A model generated the notes under the pieces. That model was not told the DNA's origin, ran no database searches, and saw only the letters and a list, made by a program, of their open reading frames with translations. This document shows, piece after piece, positions 19,045 to 28,429 of a stretch of 64,000 nucleotides of DNA. Numbering within the stretch: position 1 is the stretch's first letter; every line of letters starts with the position of its first letter. The stretch lies in the IMG/VR virus record IMGVR_UViG_3300044680_000280, positions 342,735-406,734 of that record. One strand, written 5' to 3'. A program made the translations under genes and the position numbers.

Positions 19045-19578
19045 TCATGGTCCTACCACCTTCGTCCCGCACCAGTAGCAGTTCTTTCCGATGTCGTTTT
19101 TCCGTTGACAGCTAGAGTTCGGACAAAGAGCCTCCTTCGGGGCTCCTGTCGTTGCTGTCGAGTCGCCAGCCTGAACGGTGAGTTGCCACCAATTGTAGAA
19201 GTCGAATCGTTCGATCTGCGTTGTGCCGACGGGCTCTACTTCAATGGTCGGTTCCCCCAGCCGATTACCTAAGGTCACTAAGTGCCTACGAAAGGTGAAC
19301 TTCTGACCTTGTGACCAAATCCTTGACCCCGTGCTCACTACGATGGTGTCCCCATCCTTGATGGGTGTGAGGTCCTTCTCGTGAAAGGTGTGCATGGACG
19401 TGTTCGTTGGATCCACACTGAACCGTATAGACCATAGTCCCGACGGGGGAGTACCTCCGATCTGGTCGTACACGACTCCAAGCCAGGACGAGGTTGGTAC
19501 CCGGACGGGATCCCCTATTTTGGGGACGTAAGAAGCAGCGGCTACGGGATACATCCCGCCAAACGGGTACCCGAACAA
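19045..19578 (-). CDS. KOW/SH3-like protein with C-terminal zinc-ribbon module
   Basis: ends ALCPNSSCQRKNDIGKNCYWCGTKVVGP. Confidence 0.75.
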   Translation of the reverse strand: MFGYPFGGMYPVAAASYVPKIGDPVRVPTSSWLGVVYDQIGGTPPSGLWSIRFSVDPTNTSMHTFHEKDLTPIKDGDTIVVSTGSRIWSQGQKFTFRRHLVTLGNRLGEPTIEVEPVGTTQIERFDFYNWWQLTVQAGDSTATTGAPKEALCPNSSCQRKNDIGKNCYWCGTKVVGP

Positions 19579-19579
19579 C

Positions 19580-19828
19580 TCAGCCCTCTTTGGTCTTCAG
19601 TTTCGAAGCGTTGTCGTCGAGGAAGCCGCGAATCTCGTCGGCCATGTCGAGCACCTTCTCCCACTGCTCCTTGTAGAGCGTGACGGGGAAGCGCCCGAGG
19701 CCGTAGAGCGAGACGCCGCCCTTCTCGGAAACCTTGAGGCTGATTGCTCGCTTCGGTTGAGCCTTGAGCTTCTCGTTCTCAGCTCGGAGTCGATTGAGTT
19801 CGGCTTGGACTTCGGGATCGAGGGTCAT
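19580..19828 (-). CDS. conserved hypothetical protein (KVSEKGGVSLYGLGRFPVTLY family)
   Basis: class I motif; pattern I recognise from bacterial hypothetical proteins. Confidence 0.8.
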   Translation of the reverse strand: MTLDPEVQAELNRLRAENEKLKAQPKRAISLKVSEKGGVSLYGLGRFPVTLYKEQWEKVLDMADEIRGFLDDNASKLKTKEG

Positions 19829-19893
19829 GCCTTTTTATTACACCGTTTTTTTACACTCGCCGCAGGTTTTTGGCTCGGTGTACGCTATTGGGT

Positions 19894-20385
19894 ATGCCGG
19901 AGTGGCTTTCTAGCCTGCTCAGATTATTCACCGATAATGGGGTCAGGAACGGGATCGTCTCGGATCTAGCCAGTCGGTGGGGCGTTCTGTCTGACGAACA
20001 GTGGGTGAGACTGGACTACCGAGTCCGGTCGGTTTGCATCCGTGAAGCGGTGAGTCACACGAACGGTATTACGATTCTCGCTGTTTGTGAGACCGCGGCA
20101 ACTCTATGTGACCGTAGAGGTCGAGGTGAGCCCGTCACTGATGCCGAATGGTTGGACGCCCGCCGCAAGGCGTCGGCGGTGACAGGGAGTCCGGCGGTGG
20201 TGGCGTTGGCGTCGACGTTGGCAGCATCGAATTCGATGCCATGTGCATGGTTGGCGGCGAGTTCGGCATCGTCGTTGACCCGCATTGCCCAAGCCACCTA
20301 CGACCTCATCGACCAAGAAATCGATTTGACGCGAGCCGCCAGACCCAAAGCCATGACGATCTGGGAGCACATAATGGAGAATTGA
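19894..20385 (+). CDS. Ala-rich helical protein with C-terminal MTIWEHIMEN tag
   Basis: class I motif. Confidence 0.7.
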   Translation: MPEWLSSLLRLFTDNGVRNGIVSDLASRWGVLSDEQWVRLDYRVRSVCIREAVSHTNGITILAVCETAATLCDRRGRGEPVTDAEWLDARRKASAVTGSPAVVALASTLAASNSMPCAWLAASSASSLTRIAQATYDLIDQEIDLTRAARPKAMTIWEHIMEN

Positions 20386-20407
20386 CCCTAGAACCTGCGG
20401 TCGCAGT

Positions 20408-20632
20408 CTAGAAGCAGTCCTCGTTGCTGTACTCGATGCTGTCGGTTCCCATATCGTCGGCGGAGACGGGGGCGCGCCTTGAGGTGTGGCGAACGTGGGC
20501 CGCGGCGGGGGGTGCCGCCTCGCAAACCGCGTGACGGACGGGGTTGCCCTTCACCCATTCGATTTTTTCGCCGACACGGACGCGGCGGTTGCAGACCTTG
20601 CAGAACGAAGCGAACTTTGCTGTGAGGACCAT
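20408..20632 (-). CDS. small zinc-finger protein (CxxC...HxxC)
   Basis: GAGGGAG RBS; AKFASFCKVC..GEKI..HAVC. Confidence 0.7.
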   Translation of the reverse strand: MVLTAKFASFCKVCNRRVRVGEKIEWVKGNPVRHAVCEAAPPAAAHVRHTSRRAPVSADDMGTDSIEYSNEDCF

Positions 20633-20717
20633 TTTTCTGTTCTCCCTCTCACTCATATAGAACGGACCGTTCCGGAGGAACTTGAGAAAAATTCGGCGTT
20701 GCGGTGTAAGGGACCGC

Positions 20718-21290
20718 ATGCTCTCGGATCAAACGAAGGAAGCCATTCTCACCGAGTATCTCAAAAATGGTGGGCGTCACCAAAAGCCGCCTGAGACCTC
20801 ATTTGGACCGAAAACTGGGTTCCGTTGTACGTGCGGCGGCCCCCTTTACCAAAGGTACGACCTCTTCGAGTCGCGACTTCCCCCGCGCAAAGGTCCTCGT
20901 CGTAGCAAAAACCGTCGGATCGCCAAAAAGCAACTCAAGAGGTGGCTCGAGGAAGAATGCATGCTTTATCGGTTCGAGTTCGCGTTGAACCTTCTACGAG
21001 GCCCCCGCGGGTATATCTGCGGCTCTTGTTACAGAAACGTTGGATTTTACGAGGCCATCGGCCGCAACACCTTCATTGTTGAGCAACTCCCGGACGGCGC
21101 TCTGCCGATTTACGACCGAGATCCTGATGTTACGGCGTTCGATCCCGCCTCAGGACAAGCTCTTACGGTAGAGAACGTCCTCCCCGGCTCCCAAACCGTA
21201 GAGGTCCTCGATCGTTTGGATCCGATACCCCTCCCCAAAGAGGAAGGTACGGATCTCCAGGTTCCCAACCTTGGCGTCGACGAGGACTGA
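20718..21290 (+). CDS. zinc-motif protein with a segment resembling a large-phage major capsid protein
   Basis: class I motif; GRNTFIVEQLPDGALPIYDRDPDVTA. Confidence 0.6.
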   Translation: MLSDQTKEAILTEYLKNGGRHQKPPETSFGPKTGFRCTCGGPLYQRYDLFESRLPPRKGPRRSKNRRIAKKQLKRWLEEECMLYRFEFALNLLRGPRGYICGSCYRNVGFYEAIGRNTFIVEQLPDGALPIYDRDPDVTAFDPASGQALTVENVLPGSQTVEVLDRLDPIPLPKEEGTDLQVPNLGVDED

Positions 21291-21632
21291 ACGGACGCCG
21301 AACTCACGGGCGCCCTCAACCTCGACGTTCCGGACGAGGAAGGAAGCGATGTGCCGACCCCGCATGTCGGGACGGACCGTGATGTTTTTAATCTCGAGCG
21401 CGGTCGGTTCTGCCATGTGCCGCTGGTAGATTACGGCTCCGATGACATTCCCTCTTGAAAGAGCCACGAGAGCCCGTTTGGTCTCATCCTTGAGCTGGGA
21501 GTGGACCTTTTGGAGCCATCCGTCGAAGTCTGGGTAGTCCTCGTGTGGGATCCAGAGTCGCGGTCCCCGCAGGTAGTTCAAGATCTCATCCGCCCGCCGG
21601 TCCATCCCGTCGCTGGTGAACAGGAATTCCAT
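21150..21632 (-). CDS. GNAT family N-acetyltransferase
   Basis: EIKNITVRPDMRGRHIASFLV acetyl-CoA motif A; N..IRTFL..EGY. Confidence 0.85.
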   Translation of the reverse strand: MEFLFTSDGMDRRADEILNYLRGPRLWIPHEDYPDFDGWLQKVHSQLKDETKRALVALSRGNVIGAVIYQRHMAEPTALEIKNITVRPDMRGRHIASFLVRNVEVEGAREFGVRSVLVDAKVGNLEIRTFLFGEGYRIQTIEDLYGLGAGEDVLYRKSLS

Positions 21633-21635
21633 GGC

Positions 21636-21869
21636 TCAGACCTTCCGCTTTTTTGCCGTCTTTTTCTTCGCCTGCTTCTTTGGCGCCGGGGCCTTGATCT
21701 CGGTAGCCGCAATCAACCAGTCGAGATGTGACAACTCGGCGTTGTTCACGAGCATATTGTAGGCAATATGCTCGGCGAGCTCCGTAGGTGTGTAGAGCTT
21801 GTAAAAAATGCTCCTCCACTGGAGCTCGACTTCGCACTCGAAGTTTACGAGAAACGTTCGCATCCCCAT
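21636..21869 (-). CDS. small protein with Lys/Ala-rich tail
   Basis: class I motif. Confidence 0.55.
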   Translation of the reverse strand: MGMRTFLVNFECEVELQWRSIFYKLYTPTELAEHIAYNMLVNNAELSHLDWLIAATEIKAPAPKKQAKKKTAKKRKV

Positions 21870-21929
21870 GCTCCTTCTATTACACCGTTTGAACTTCGGG
21901 CAACCCCGGGTCGTACTGGAGAGGAACAC

Positions 21930-22127
21930 ATGGCCACCAAACCCGTCTTCCCGATTGGCGCCGCCGTCTACATCGATGGTCGCGATGCCGCGATCGTTCG
22001 AGCCGCCTTTCCCGAGGGCTCGTCATCTTTTCTGTTCCCGCACTACAAGGTGCACGTCATCGGCGGCGACAGAAACATGGCCGTTTCGATGTCCCGCGTT
22101 GGGGTGAAACGGAAGGAATCGGTGTAA
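21930..22127 (+). CDS. small KOW/SH3-like protein
   Basis: class II promoter plus GAGG RBS. Confidence 0.7.
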   Translation: MATKPVFPIGAAVYIDGRDAAIVRAAFPEGSSSFLFPHYKVHVIGGDRNMAVSMSRVGVKRKESV

Positions 22128-22136
22128 CTGTACAGA

Positions 22137-22445
22137 ATGGCCCACGTGTGGACTACAACGCTGCCCGACAAGACTACAGTGTGGGTGTATTCGCGCTTCT
22201 ACCATCAGGGTGTCCACTACAACGGGACCTGCTGTCAATACTGCGGAGCCCAAAAGTGCACCGTTCCGGGGAGCCGTGCGGGTCTTGTTCGCACCCTCTA
22301 CATCACATTCAAATACGGCAAACCGTATCGTTTTAGTCCCAAAGCCCCGATCTGCATTCGAGAGGACGAGACCTTTGCCGTTGAGGTACCCAAACCTCTC
22401 CCGAACAGGATGACGGTCTATGACCATCTGCTGAGCCCGAGCTAA
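22137..22445 (+). CDS. hypothetical protein with C-terminal RMTVYDHLLSPS tag
   Basis: class I motif. Confidence 0.7.
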   Translation: MAHVWTTTLPDKTTVWVYSRFYHQGVHYNGTCCQYCGAQKCTVPGSRAGLVRTLYITFKYGKPYRFSPKAPICIREDETFAVEVPKPLPNRMTVYDHLLSPS

Positions 22446-22491
22446 AGTTTCTCAGGGGACTTCCGTTCCATTGAGTAAGAGGGTACGAACG

Positions 22492-22704
22492 ATGCGAGAC
22501 TTCACCAACATCTCCCTGCACAGCCCCCGCATGATGGAGCACCACGAGACGGATCCTCGGTTCGAGCGGTTCGTCAAGCTCGCCAGCAGCATGACCGCCT
22601 TTCGGGTCTCGGTGCACGAGGTGTCCAGCGCCCTCAGGTCGATGGGCGCCAACGAGGGCGAGATTTTCATCGTCATCCACGCTGTGAAAATACTGGAGTC
22701 TTAG
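22492..22704 (+). CDS. hypothetical protein
   Basis: GAGGG RBS. Confidence 0.6.
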   Translation: MRDFTNISLHSPRMMEHHETDPRFERFVKLASSMTAFRVSVHEVSSALRSMGANEGEIFIVIHAVKILES

Positions 22705-22731
22705 CCTGCTCATCCGGTGTAAGGTTCTCTT

Positions 22732-23004
22732 ATGAACCGCACCGTTGTCGCTGCCATCCTCTGCGCCCTTTCCGTCGCCGCCTGCGAGGGTCCCCAGACG
22801 CAGCACATTTTTCGCATCCGAGCTCCGTCCGACGTCGTCTACGTTCCCATCGTCGACCACTCGAGGGAGCACGACAAGGCACTGCAAGAAGCCATCGATA
22901 AGGCCGTTCGGGCACAGGAAGTGCAAGATCTCCGGCAAGAAGTTCGTTCCGAGTTGCTCGATATCCCGAACGGCCCGTCGACCCGCTCGCTCACTCAGCA
23001 ATAA
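22732..23004 (+). CDS. putative lipoprotein
   Basis: signal peptide with lipobox VAAC; class I motif. Confidence 0.65.
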   Translation: MNRTVVAAILCALSVAACEGPQTQHIFRIRAPSDVVYVPIVDHSREHDKALQEAIDKAVRAQEVQDLRQEVRSELLDIPNGPSTRSLTQQ

Positions 23005-23213
23005 CCGTGTAGGCTTACGTGTGCCTAAATTCACCATCCAAGTCCGTCAGTCTCCCCTCATACCTGACATCCGGTGCAGGGGCTGCAACGTTCGGCCACC
23101 TCGAGACGTGACAGGATGGTTTATCGCAGCCGTCCATCTGATTCTCTGCCCCGATTGTCGTAAGAAACCGCTCAAACGTCATCATACGTAGCATTCTGGT
23201 GTACGGATAAAAC

Positions 23214-24575
23214 ATGCGAACCTCCTTCTGTGGGCGACTTCGAGACCGTGCTGAGGCCTTTTGGCAAAAGCACAAGAACTGGGAAGCCCCGCCGATCCCG
23301 AAGAACGTTCGACGAGTCGTGGGTGCGGTTCAAACTTTGCTCCCATTCCTGGCGGACAGGGAGGACACCCTTATCCAAAAGACGCTGAAGGGCATCTCTC
23401 TCGCTGAAGCCGTATACCGCATAGTGGAGGGGAACCGCCTGATTTCCGAGTATTCGGCGTACCTAGAACAGTGGGATTTGGTCCAGTCGTCAAACCGTAA
23501 CCTTGCCCAACTGCTCTCTCAGTCGAAGATCTTGGAGATGCTTCCCTGCAATGAGATCCCGCTTTCCCACGGTGAGGCCAAATTCTGGGAGATTAATTCC
23601 GAGCAGGGGAAGTTTCTACTTGGAATTGGCGAGTACAACTCCAGCCTCGCTTATCCGGAGAATTTCGACGTACCAGGACTCCTGAACAGCCTCTGGAGCT
23701 GGTACGGGAACTGTATAACGATAAGTGTCCCTAAAAGGGGACACGGTAATCTGAGTTTGGAGTCCTTCCAAGAGCACCACGGGGAAATCCTCGGGAGCGC
23801 AAAGGCCACGTACGAACACTTCCTCTCGCAGCATCGCCGCTTTAAGGCGAATGGTAAGTCACGAACTTACCTCTTCTACGGACCCCCCGGCACCGGAAAG
23901 AGCACCTTTTCTCGTAGACTGGCCTTGGAAACGAGCTCCCGCGTGCTCATCATCGACGCAACCTCCATCTCTTTTTGGGGGTGCGACGAACTTCTCTACC
24001 TGCTATCAGCTCTTCAACCGGAGTTTGTTCTGCTGGACGACATTGATCGTGCTTCGAGTTCCATGTTTCTGCCGCTCCTCGAAAGGGTCAAACAAGAGGT
24101 GCCGGAAACGTCGTTCGTAATCACGGTCAACGATGTCTCGAAGCTCGACAAGGCACTGTTTCGACCCGGTCGGATCGATACCGTGCATGAATTTCTTTCT
24201 CCGGTGGAGGACGACCGCCGTGAAGTCATCTTGGGTTATCTCAAGCAGAGTCTTCAAATCGTGGACAAGGAGACCCTGGAATTCCTAGTCAAAAGTACGG
24301 AAGGAATGTCTCAAGACTACCTCAGAGAGCTCGTTCTACGCCTCGACTACGAGGATGTGCCGAGCGCCCTCCTTTCTGTCATGAATCTGTGGAATCTTTC
24401 AGGCGGGAAATCTTCGAACAGCGCACCGGTTCCGGTCGGGTCTTCGTCAGAGCCAGAAGAGTCAGAGTCGGAGCCAAAGTCGGATAGACAACCACCGGTA
24501 AATATGACCAAAAGCACCGTTTCCTGGCGGTCTGTAAAAGATGGCTCAGTTTCGTCATACCCGATTGCCCGTTGA
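23214..24575 (+). CDS. AAA+ family ATPase
   Basis: Walker A GPPGTGKS, Walker B LLDDID, SRH LDKALFRPGRID; class I motif. Confidence 0.9.
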   Translation: MRTSFCGRLRDRAEAFWQKHKNWEAPPIPKNVRRVVGAVQTLLPFLADREDTLIQKTLKGISLAEAVYRIVEGNRLISEYSAYLEQWDLVQSSNRNLAQLLSQSKILEMLPCNEIPLSHGEAKFWEINSEQGKFLLGIGEYNSSLAYPENFDVPGLLNSLWSWYGNCITISVPKRGHGNLSLESFQEHHGEILGSAKATYEHFLSQHRRFKANGKSRTYLFYGPPGTGKSTFSRRLALETSSRVLIIDATSISFWGCDELLYLLSALQPEFVLLDDIDRASSSMFLPLLERVKQEVPETSFVITVNDVSKLDKALFRPGRIDTVHEFLSPVEDDRREVILGYLKQSLQIVDKETLEFLVKSTEGMSQDYLRELVLRLDYEDVPSALLSVMNLWNLSGGKSSNSAPVPVGSSSEPEESESEPKSDRQPPVNMTKSTVSWRSVKDGSVSSYPIAR

Positions 24576-24584
24576 GTCTCAATT

Positions 24585-25037
24585 ATGAGTAAACTTCACC
24601 ACATTTCCCGCAGGTTCGGTTCCCAAGACTCAGCGCGAAGAGCCGTAAGCGCCCTCGTTTCCTCCCTCCTGGATTACGTTGAGGTTCATGCAACGGGGGA
24701 CGTTCGCAACGGTCGTCTAGCACCATTTACGGTCTCTGTGACCGTCGATAACCTGGACGATAAAGTCCTTGCCGTGTCCCTTATGGGAGCGTTCGGCGCT
24801 CTTTCTCCGACGATGGCGGAGGACTCGGCGATCGGGTTCGAGGATTCGAACTGGCACCCCCGAGTCCTGACCTGGGGAGATGAGAAATGGGGAAGCGTGG
24901 ACCCGACAGTCATGATTCCCTCGTCCATTCGGGTCTACAGCGACGGTTCAGCTCTGGCGGTCCATGACGGGGAGGTGAGTAAACCGTTCCCGTCCCTGTC
25001 CGAACTCTCAACAACATATCGCATCGACGTCCATTAG
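24585..25037 (+). CDS. hypothetical protein
   Basis: 150 aa directly after the ATPase. Confidence 0.6.
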   Translation: MSKLHHISRRFGSQDSARRAVSALVSSLLDYVEVHATGDVRNGRLAPFTVSVTVDNLDDKVLAVSLMGAFGALSPTMAEDSAIGFEDSNWHPRVLTWGDEKWGSVDPTVMIPSSIRVYSDGSALAVHDGEVSKPFPSLSELSTTYRIDVH

Positions 25038-25056
25038 CTCGGTGTATACTAAGGGG

Positions 25057-25521
25057 ATGGTGTATCAGCCTAGGTCGGGAGATATTGTTCGGAGTGTCAT
25101 ACCCGATTGCCCGTTGAGCGCTCGAATTGGTGTGGTGCGGTCGCTGACTCCGGGTGGGTCGTACAACGTTGCCTTTTCGAATACCTCCGTGGCCGTGTAT
25201 ACAGCCGATGAGATCGTCCCGCTCGTGGAAGGGGTAAATCGAGTCGAGCTGATCGGCGGTGTAAGCGCCATGGGTACTTATGCTGGGAAGTACCTACATA
25301 GTCCGGTGCACGGAATCTCCATCGACTGGGACCAGCACGGACGTGGAACTTTTCTGTTCGTCAACTCCGTACAAGCGTGTGATTGGGATCGTCTCAGACT
25401 CGTTGACAAAGTTGGTATGTCGATGACAGCCCCGAGGGAGATCCCGTGCCCAAACAAGAGCTGCCAACGGAAGAACGATATCGGACGAAACTGCTACTGG
25501 TGCGGAACCCTCGTAGTATAA
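25057..25521 (+). CDS. KOW/SH3-like protein with C-terminal zinc-ribbon module
   Basis: class I motif; ends IPCPNKSCQRKNDIGRNCYWCGTLVV. Confidence 0.8.
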   Translation: MVYQPRSGDIVRSVIPDCPLSARIGVVRSLTPGGSYNVAFSNTSVAVYTADEIVPLVEGVNRVELIGGVSAMGTYAGKYLHSPVHGISIDWDQHGRGTFLFVNSVQACDWDRLRLVDKVGMSMTAPREIPCPNKSCQRKNDIGRNCYWCGTLVV

Positions 25522-25530
25522 TCAAGGCTC

Positions 25531-25917
25531 ATGCCGTATAGCGAAAAAGTCATCAATCACTTCGAGAATCCTCGCAACGTTGGCTCCCTCGATAAGAACG
25601 ATCCGAACGTCGGAACGGGCGTCGTCGGCGCCCCGGCCTGTGGAGACGTGATGAAGCTCCAGATCCTCGTCAACGACGACGGGGTCATCGAGGATGCTAA
25701 ATTCAAAACCTTTGGGTGTGGAAGCGCGATTGCCAGTTCGTCCCTCGCGACCGAGTGGATCAAAGGCAAAACGCTCGACGAGGCGCAAGCCCTCAAGAAC
25801 ACGTCCATCGTCGAGGAACTCTGTTTGCCTCCCGTCAAAATTCACTGCTCTGTCCTGGCCGAGGATGCCATCAAGAGCGCCATCGCTGATTACAGGAAAA
25901 AGAAGGGTTTGACTTGA
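25531..25917 (+). CDS. iscU: Fe-S cluster assembly scaffold IscU
   Basis: YSEKV.HFENPRNVG, GAPACGDVMKLQI, KTFGCGSAIASSS, LPPVKIHCS. Confidence 0.97.
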   Translation: MPYSEKVINHFENPRNVGSLDKNDPNVGTGVVGAPACGDVMKLQILVNDDGVIEDAKFKTFGCGSAIASSSLATEWIKGKTLDEAQALKNTSIVEELCLPPVKIHCSVLAEDAIKSAIADYRKKKGLT

Positions 25918-26282
25918 CTGGCTGGGGTGCATACGTTGTTGTCATGAATCGTACACTGTTGGTCAAGTTTCCGTTTTTCCACGCTTTCAAATTACTGTTT
26001 GGGTATGGCGCAGTGGTCTGTCTGGACGATGGTCTGGAGGGCCACGAACCAGATTTGTACGTTACGGTGTCTGTCCGACCAGAAGTTGGAGACGGTAAAT
26101 CTAGATCCACCATCCAAGGTAAGCTGACTCGCGAGGGCTTCTTTCCACGGGGAACTTGGGGAGGCGGTGGAACGTGGGGTGAATCAGGTTTAAGGTGGGG
26201 TAAGAAAGCCTGAAGGCTCACTCCCTCTTTAATTCGTGATACCGCTCTGTCTCTTTCAATTCGGCTTGACAGAGCCTAACAC

Positions 26283-27356
26283 TTAAACAGGATGACTCTC
26301 AATCCAATCCAACACTCGACGAACAATAAGGTTGACTGACTCCAGAGCCTCTCGGGCCTCCTCCGGTCGGACACCGGGTAACGGTCCAGAGGGATTGTCC
26401 GCCAAGAGTCGCCCAGGGTGGATCCACTGGCGAGTTTGACAGAGGCGATCTGCTCTGTCCCGAGCCTTCGGATCTAGGATCGCGTTCGGTCCCCCTTTTG
26501 ACGCGCTACTCAAAAGCTCATCAAATGACCACCTTGTAGGTGATTCATTGAAGGTCTTAGACGCTAGTGTGCCAGAGCCTGTATCTCTAGCCCGCTTGAC
26601 GACGAACGTTAAAGCCCCCTCCGATAGCGCTGCCGCAAGAACACATATTGTGATGGACGATGTGGACGGATTCGCCCTTTGTAGCTCGTCGCATGTGGCG
26701 GTCCACCACACTCGAAATCTTCCGTGTCCCAGCGACTCCAATACAGATCCAAAAGCTATTAGGGGTTCAACAGAGACAGGGCGACCGCTCGTACGTTTTT
26801 GAATTACATCTTTGACAATACCGTGGATTTCCGCCATACCGGAACGAGGCTGCTTGTGGAATTGGTGCGGGACAGTATGACTCGGAAGCCACTGACTATA
26901 ACTTCGCCCCCGTGGAAACGTAATCATACCGTCGTCTCGCAAAGTGAGCGCCCGGTCATGCAGGTAGAGGGTGATGGCCACCTCCACATCGTTTTCCGGA
27001 ATACCATCTTTAATCGCGTTTGCTACAATTACATTGCGAGGCGCCATCGCATTAGCCATCGTCTCCAAGCGCCCGATATCCTGTAGATAACTGATAACGA
27101 AATCAAACGCAAGTGCGTTCCTGTATTCAGGTTCGTAGCCTATGGAAAAATTGGTCAGCATTCCATTTTGTGGAAGTTGGTGGCGGCCTTTTTGCGCAGG
27201 AAACCCCCGTAACCCGTCGATGATTTCTCCTCGCCGAAAATTCAACCGACTGGCCACCTCAATCAACTCATCACACGTCAATCCAGGTTCACGCGGACTA
27301 TGGTAAACACTGCACTCCAAAGCCCACATAATAACATGCTCAACCGACAAACTCAT
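26283..27356 (-). CDS. hypothetical protein with putative C-terminal HEPN-like domain
   Basis: GGAGGAG RBS; AALSEGAL helix and RQWIHP (Rx4H-like); lower GC than flanks. Confidence 0.6.
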   Translation of the reverse strand: MSLSVEHVIMWALECSVYHSPREPGLTCDELIEVASRLNFRRGEIIDGLRGFPAQKGRHQLPQNGMLTNFSIGYEPEYRNALAFDFVISYLQDIGRLETMANAMAPRNVIVANAIKDGIPENDVEVAITLYLHDRALTLRDDGMITFPRGRSYSQWLPSHTVPHQFHKQPRSGMAEIHGIVKDVIQKRTSGRPVSVEPLIAFGSVLESLGHGRFRVWWTATCDELQRANPSTSSITICVLAAALSEGALTFVVKRARDTGSGTLASKTFNESPTRWSFDELLSSASKGGPNAILDPKARDRADRLCQTRQWIHPGRLLADNPSGPLPGVRPEEAREALESVNLIVRRVLDWIESHPV

Positions 27357-27387
27357 ACTCTCCTCCATACACCAACGGTTCTCCCGT

Positions 27388-27567
27388 TTATCGAAACATC
27401 GGGTCGTCCGAATCCGTCTCGATGATAAGGTCACCGTTCCTTACATCGTCGATCTCGAGAAACTCGTAAAGCCCAGCCTCTTTGCCGTTGATCTCGAGAC
27501 ATGCCCATCTCCCCTTCGGGAGCACGGCTCCGTCCGGGTGATGTCTCAGGTACACTAAAATGTTCAT
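27388..27567 (-). CDS. small hypothetical protein
   Basis: ATGA coupling with 27564..27818. Confidence 0.5.
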   Translation of the reverse strand: MNILVYLRHHPDGAVLPKGRWACLEINGKEAGLYEFLEIDDVRNGDLIIETDSDDPMFR

Positions 27568-27818
27568 TGGACGTCGTCCTCGACTCCGCCGCCGCCCATG
27601 AGCTGGGCCTCCAGGCAATCGTACACGCTCTCGGTGATGAGCATGCACCGCATCATTGCTCGATTGGACAGGGCCTGGGAGTGATACTTGCACGACGCGA
27701 TCAGTCCTCCGGTAGAGGAGTAGAATACCGTCGGCTTGTTTACGCATACGAAGGGGTTATCGTTGTCAAGATTCGCCAGGAATAGTGAGGCGAACCCCAT
27801 GCAGCAGATCCTAGCCAT
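27564..27818 (-). CDS. small Cys-containing protein
   Basis: TAATG coupling with pyrE. Confidence 0.55.
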   Translation of the reverse strand: MARICCMGFASLFLANLDNDNPFVCVNKPTVFYSSTGGLIASCKYHSQALSNRAMMRCMLITESVYDCLEAQLMGGGGVEDDVQ

Positions 27819-28429
27819 TAGCGAGAAAGGTCCGTGATGTGAAACAGACTTAGAACTCGGTAAATTCGGCCCCTCTCGGTGTCCTTCAATGGGACATCGA
27901 GGTTTGGGTATCTGCGCTCGACAACGGTCACGATTCCGACGACCAAGTATTGGTTGGAGTCCTCGAGTGCTCGGATGGCTTTAATGGAGGACCCGCCCGT
28001 TGTGACAACGTCCTCAACCAAAACGACTCTGTTTAGCCTACCCTCGACCGGAGCGGGACCCTCGATGAGATTCTTCGTTCCGTGGTCTTTTGCTTCCTTG
28101 CGAACGTGAAGGACGTCCAGGGGGAGGTCCTCGAGTGCGGCTTGGAAGCCCACGAGGCTTGCCAGGTGGCACCCGCCGAGGGCAACGCCCGCCACGGCAT
28201 CGAATTGACTAACACCGACGAGCTGAAGCACGTGTTGGTGTAGGACGTAGGCGAGGGTCCGTTGAATCGAATGGTGCATCGACGACTTTTTGACGTCGAT
28301 GTAAACGTCCGACTTCTCTCCAGAGGCGAGGGTGAAGGGCTCCCCCTCCGGTGCGATTCGAACGGATCGCTCTTTCATGACATCTCTGATTCGATTCAAA
28401 TGAGGACGGAGATTCTCTCGGATGCTCAT
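27818..28429 (-). CDS. pyrE: orotate phosphoribosyltransferase
   Basis: FTLASGEKSDVYID, VRKEAKDHGT, PRPP motif VVLVEDVVTTGGS. Confidence 0.95.
   Translation of the reverse strand: MSIRENLRPHLNRIRDVMKERSVRIAPEGEPFTLASGEKSDVYIDVKKSSMHHSIQRTLAYVLHQHVLQLVGVSQFDAVAGVALGGCHLASLVGFQAALEDLPLDVLHVRKEAKDHGTKNLIEGPAPVEGRLNRVVLVEDVVTTGGSSIKAIRALEDSNQYLVVGIVTVVERRYPNLDVPLKDTERGRIYRVLSLFHITDLSR

Noticed and set aside
25871-26221. ORFs on either strand downstream of iscU
   Set aside because: Neither has a promoter motif or recognisable content; cannot choose between them.
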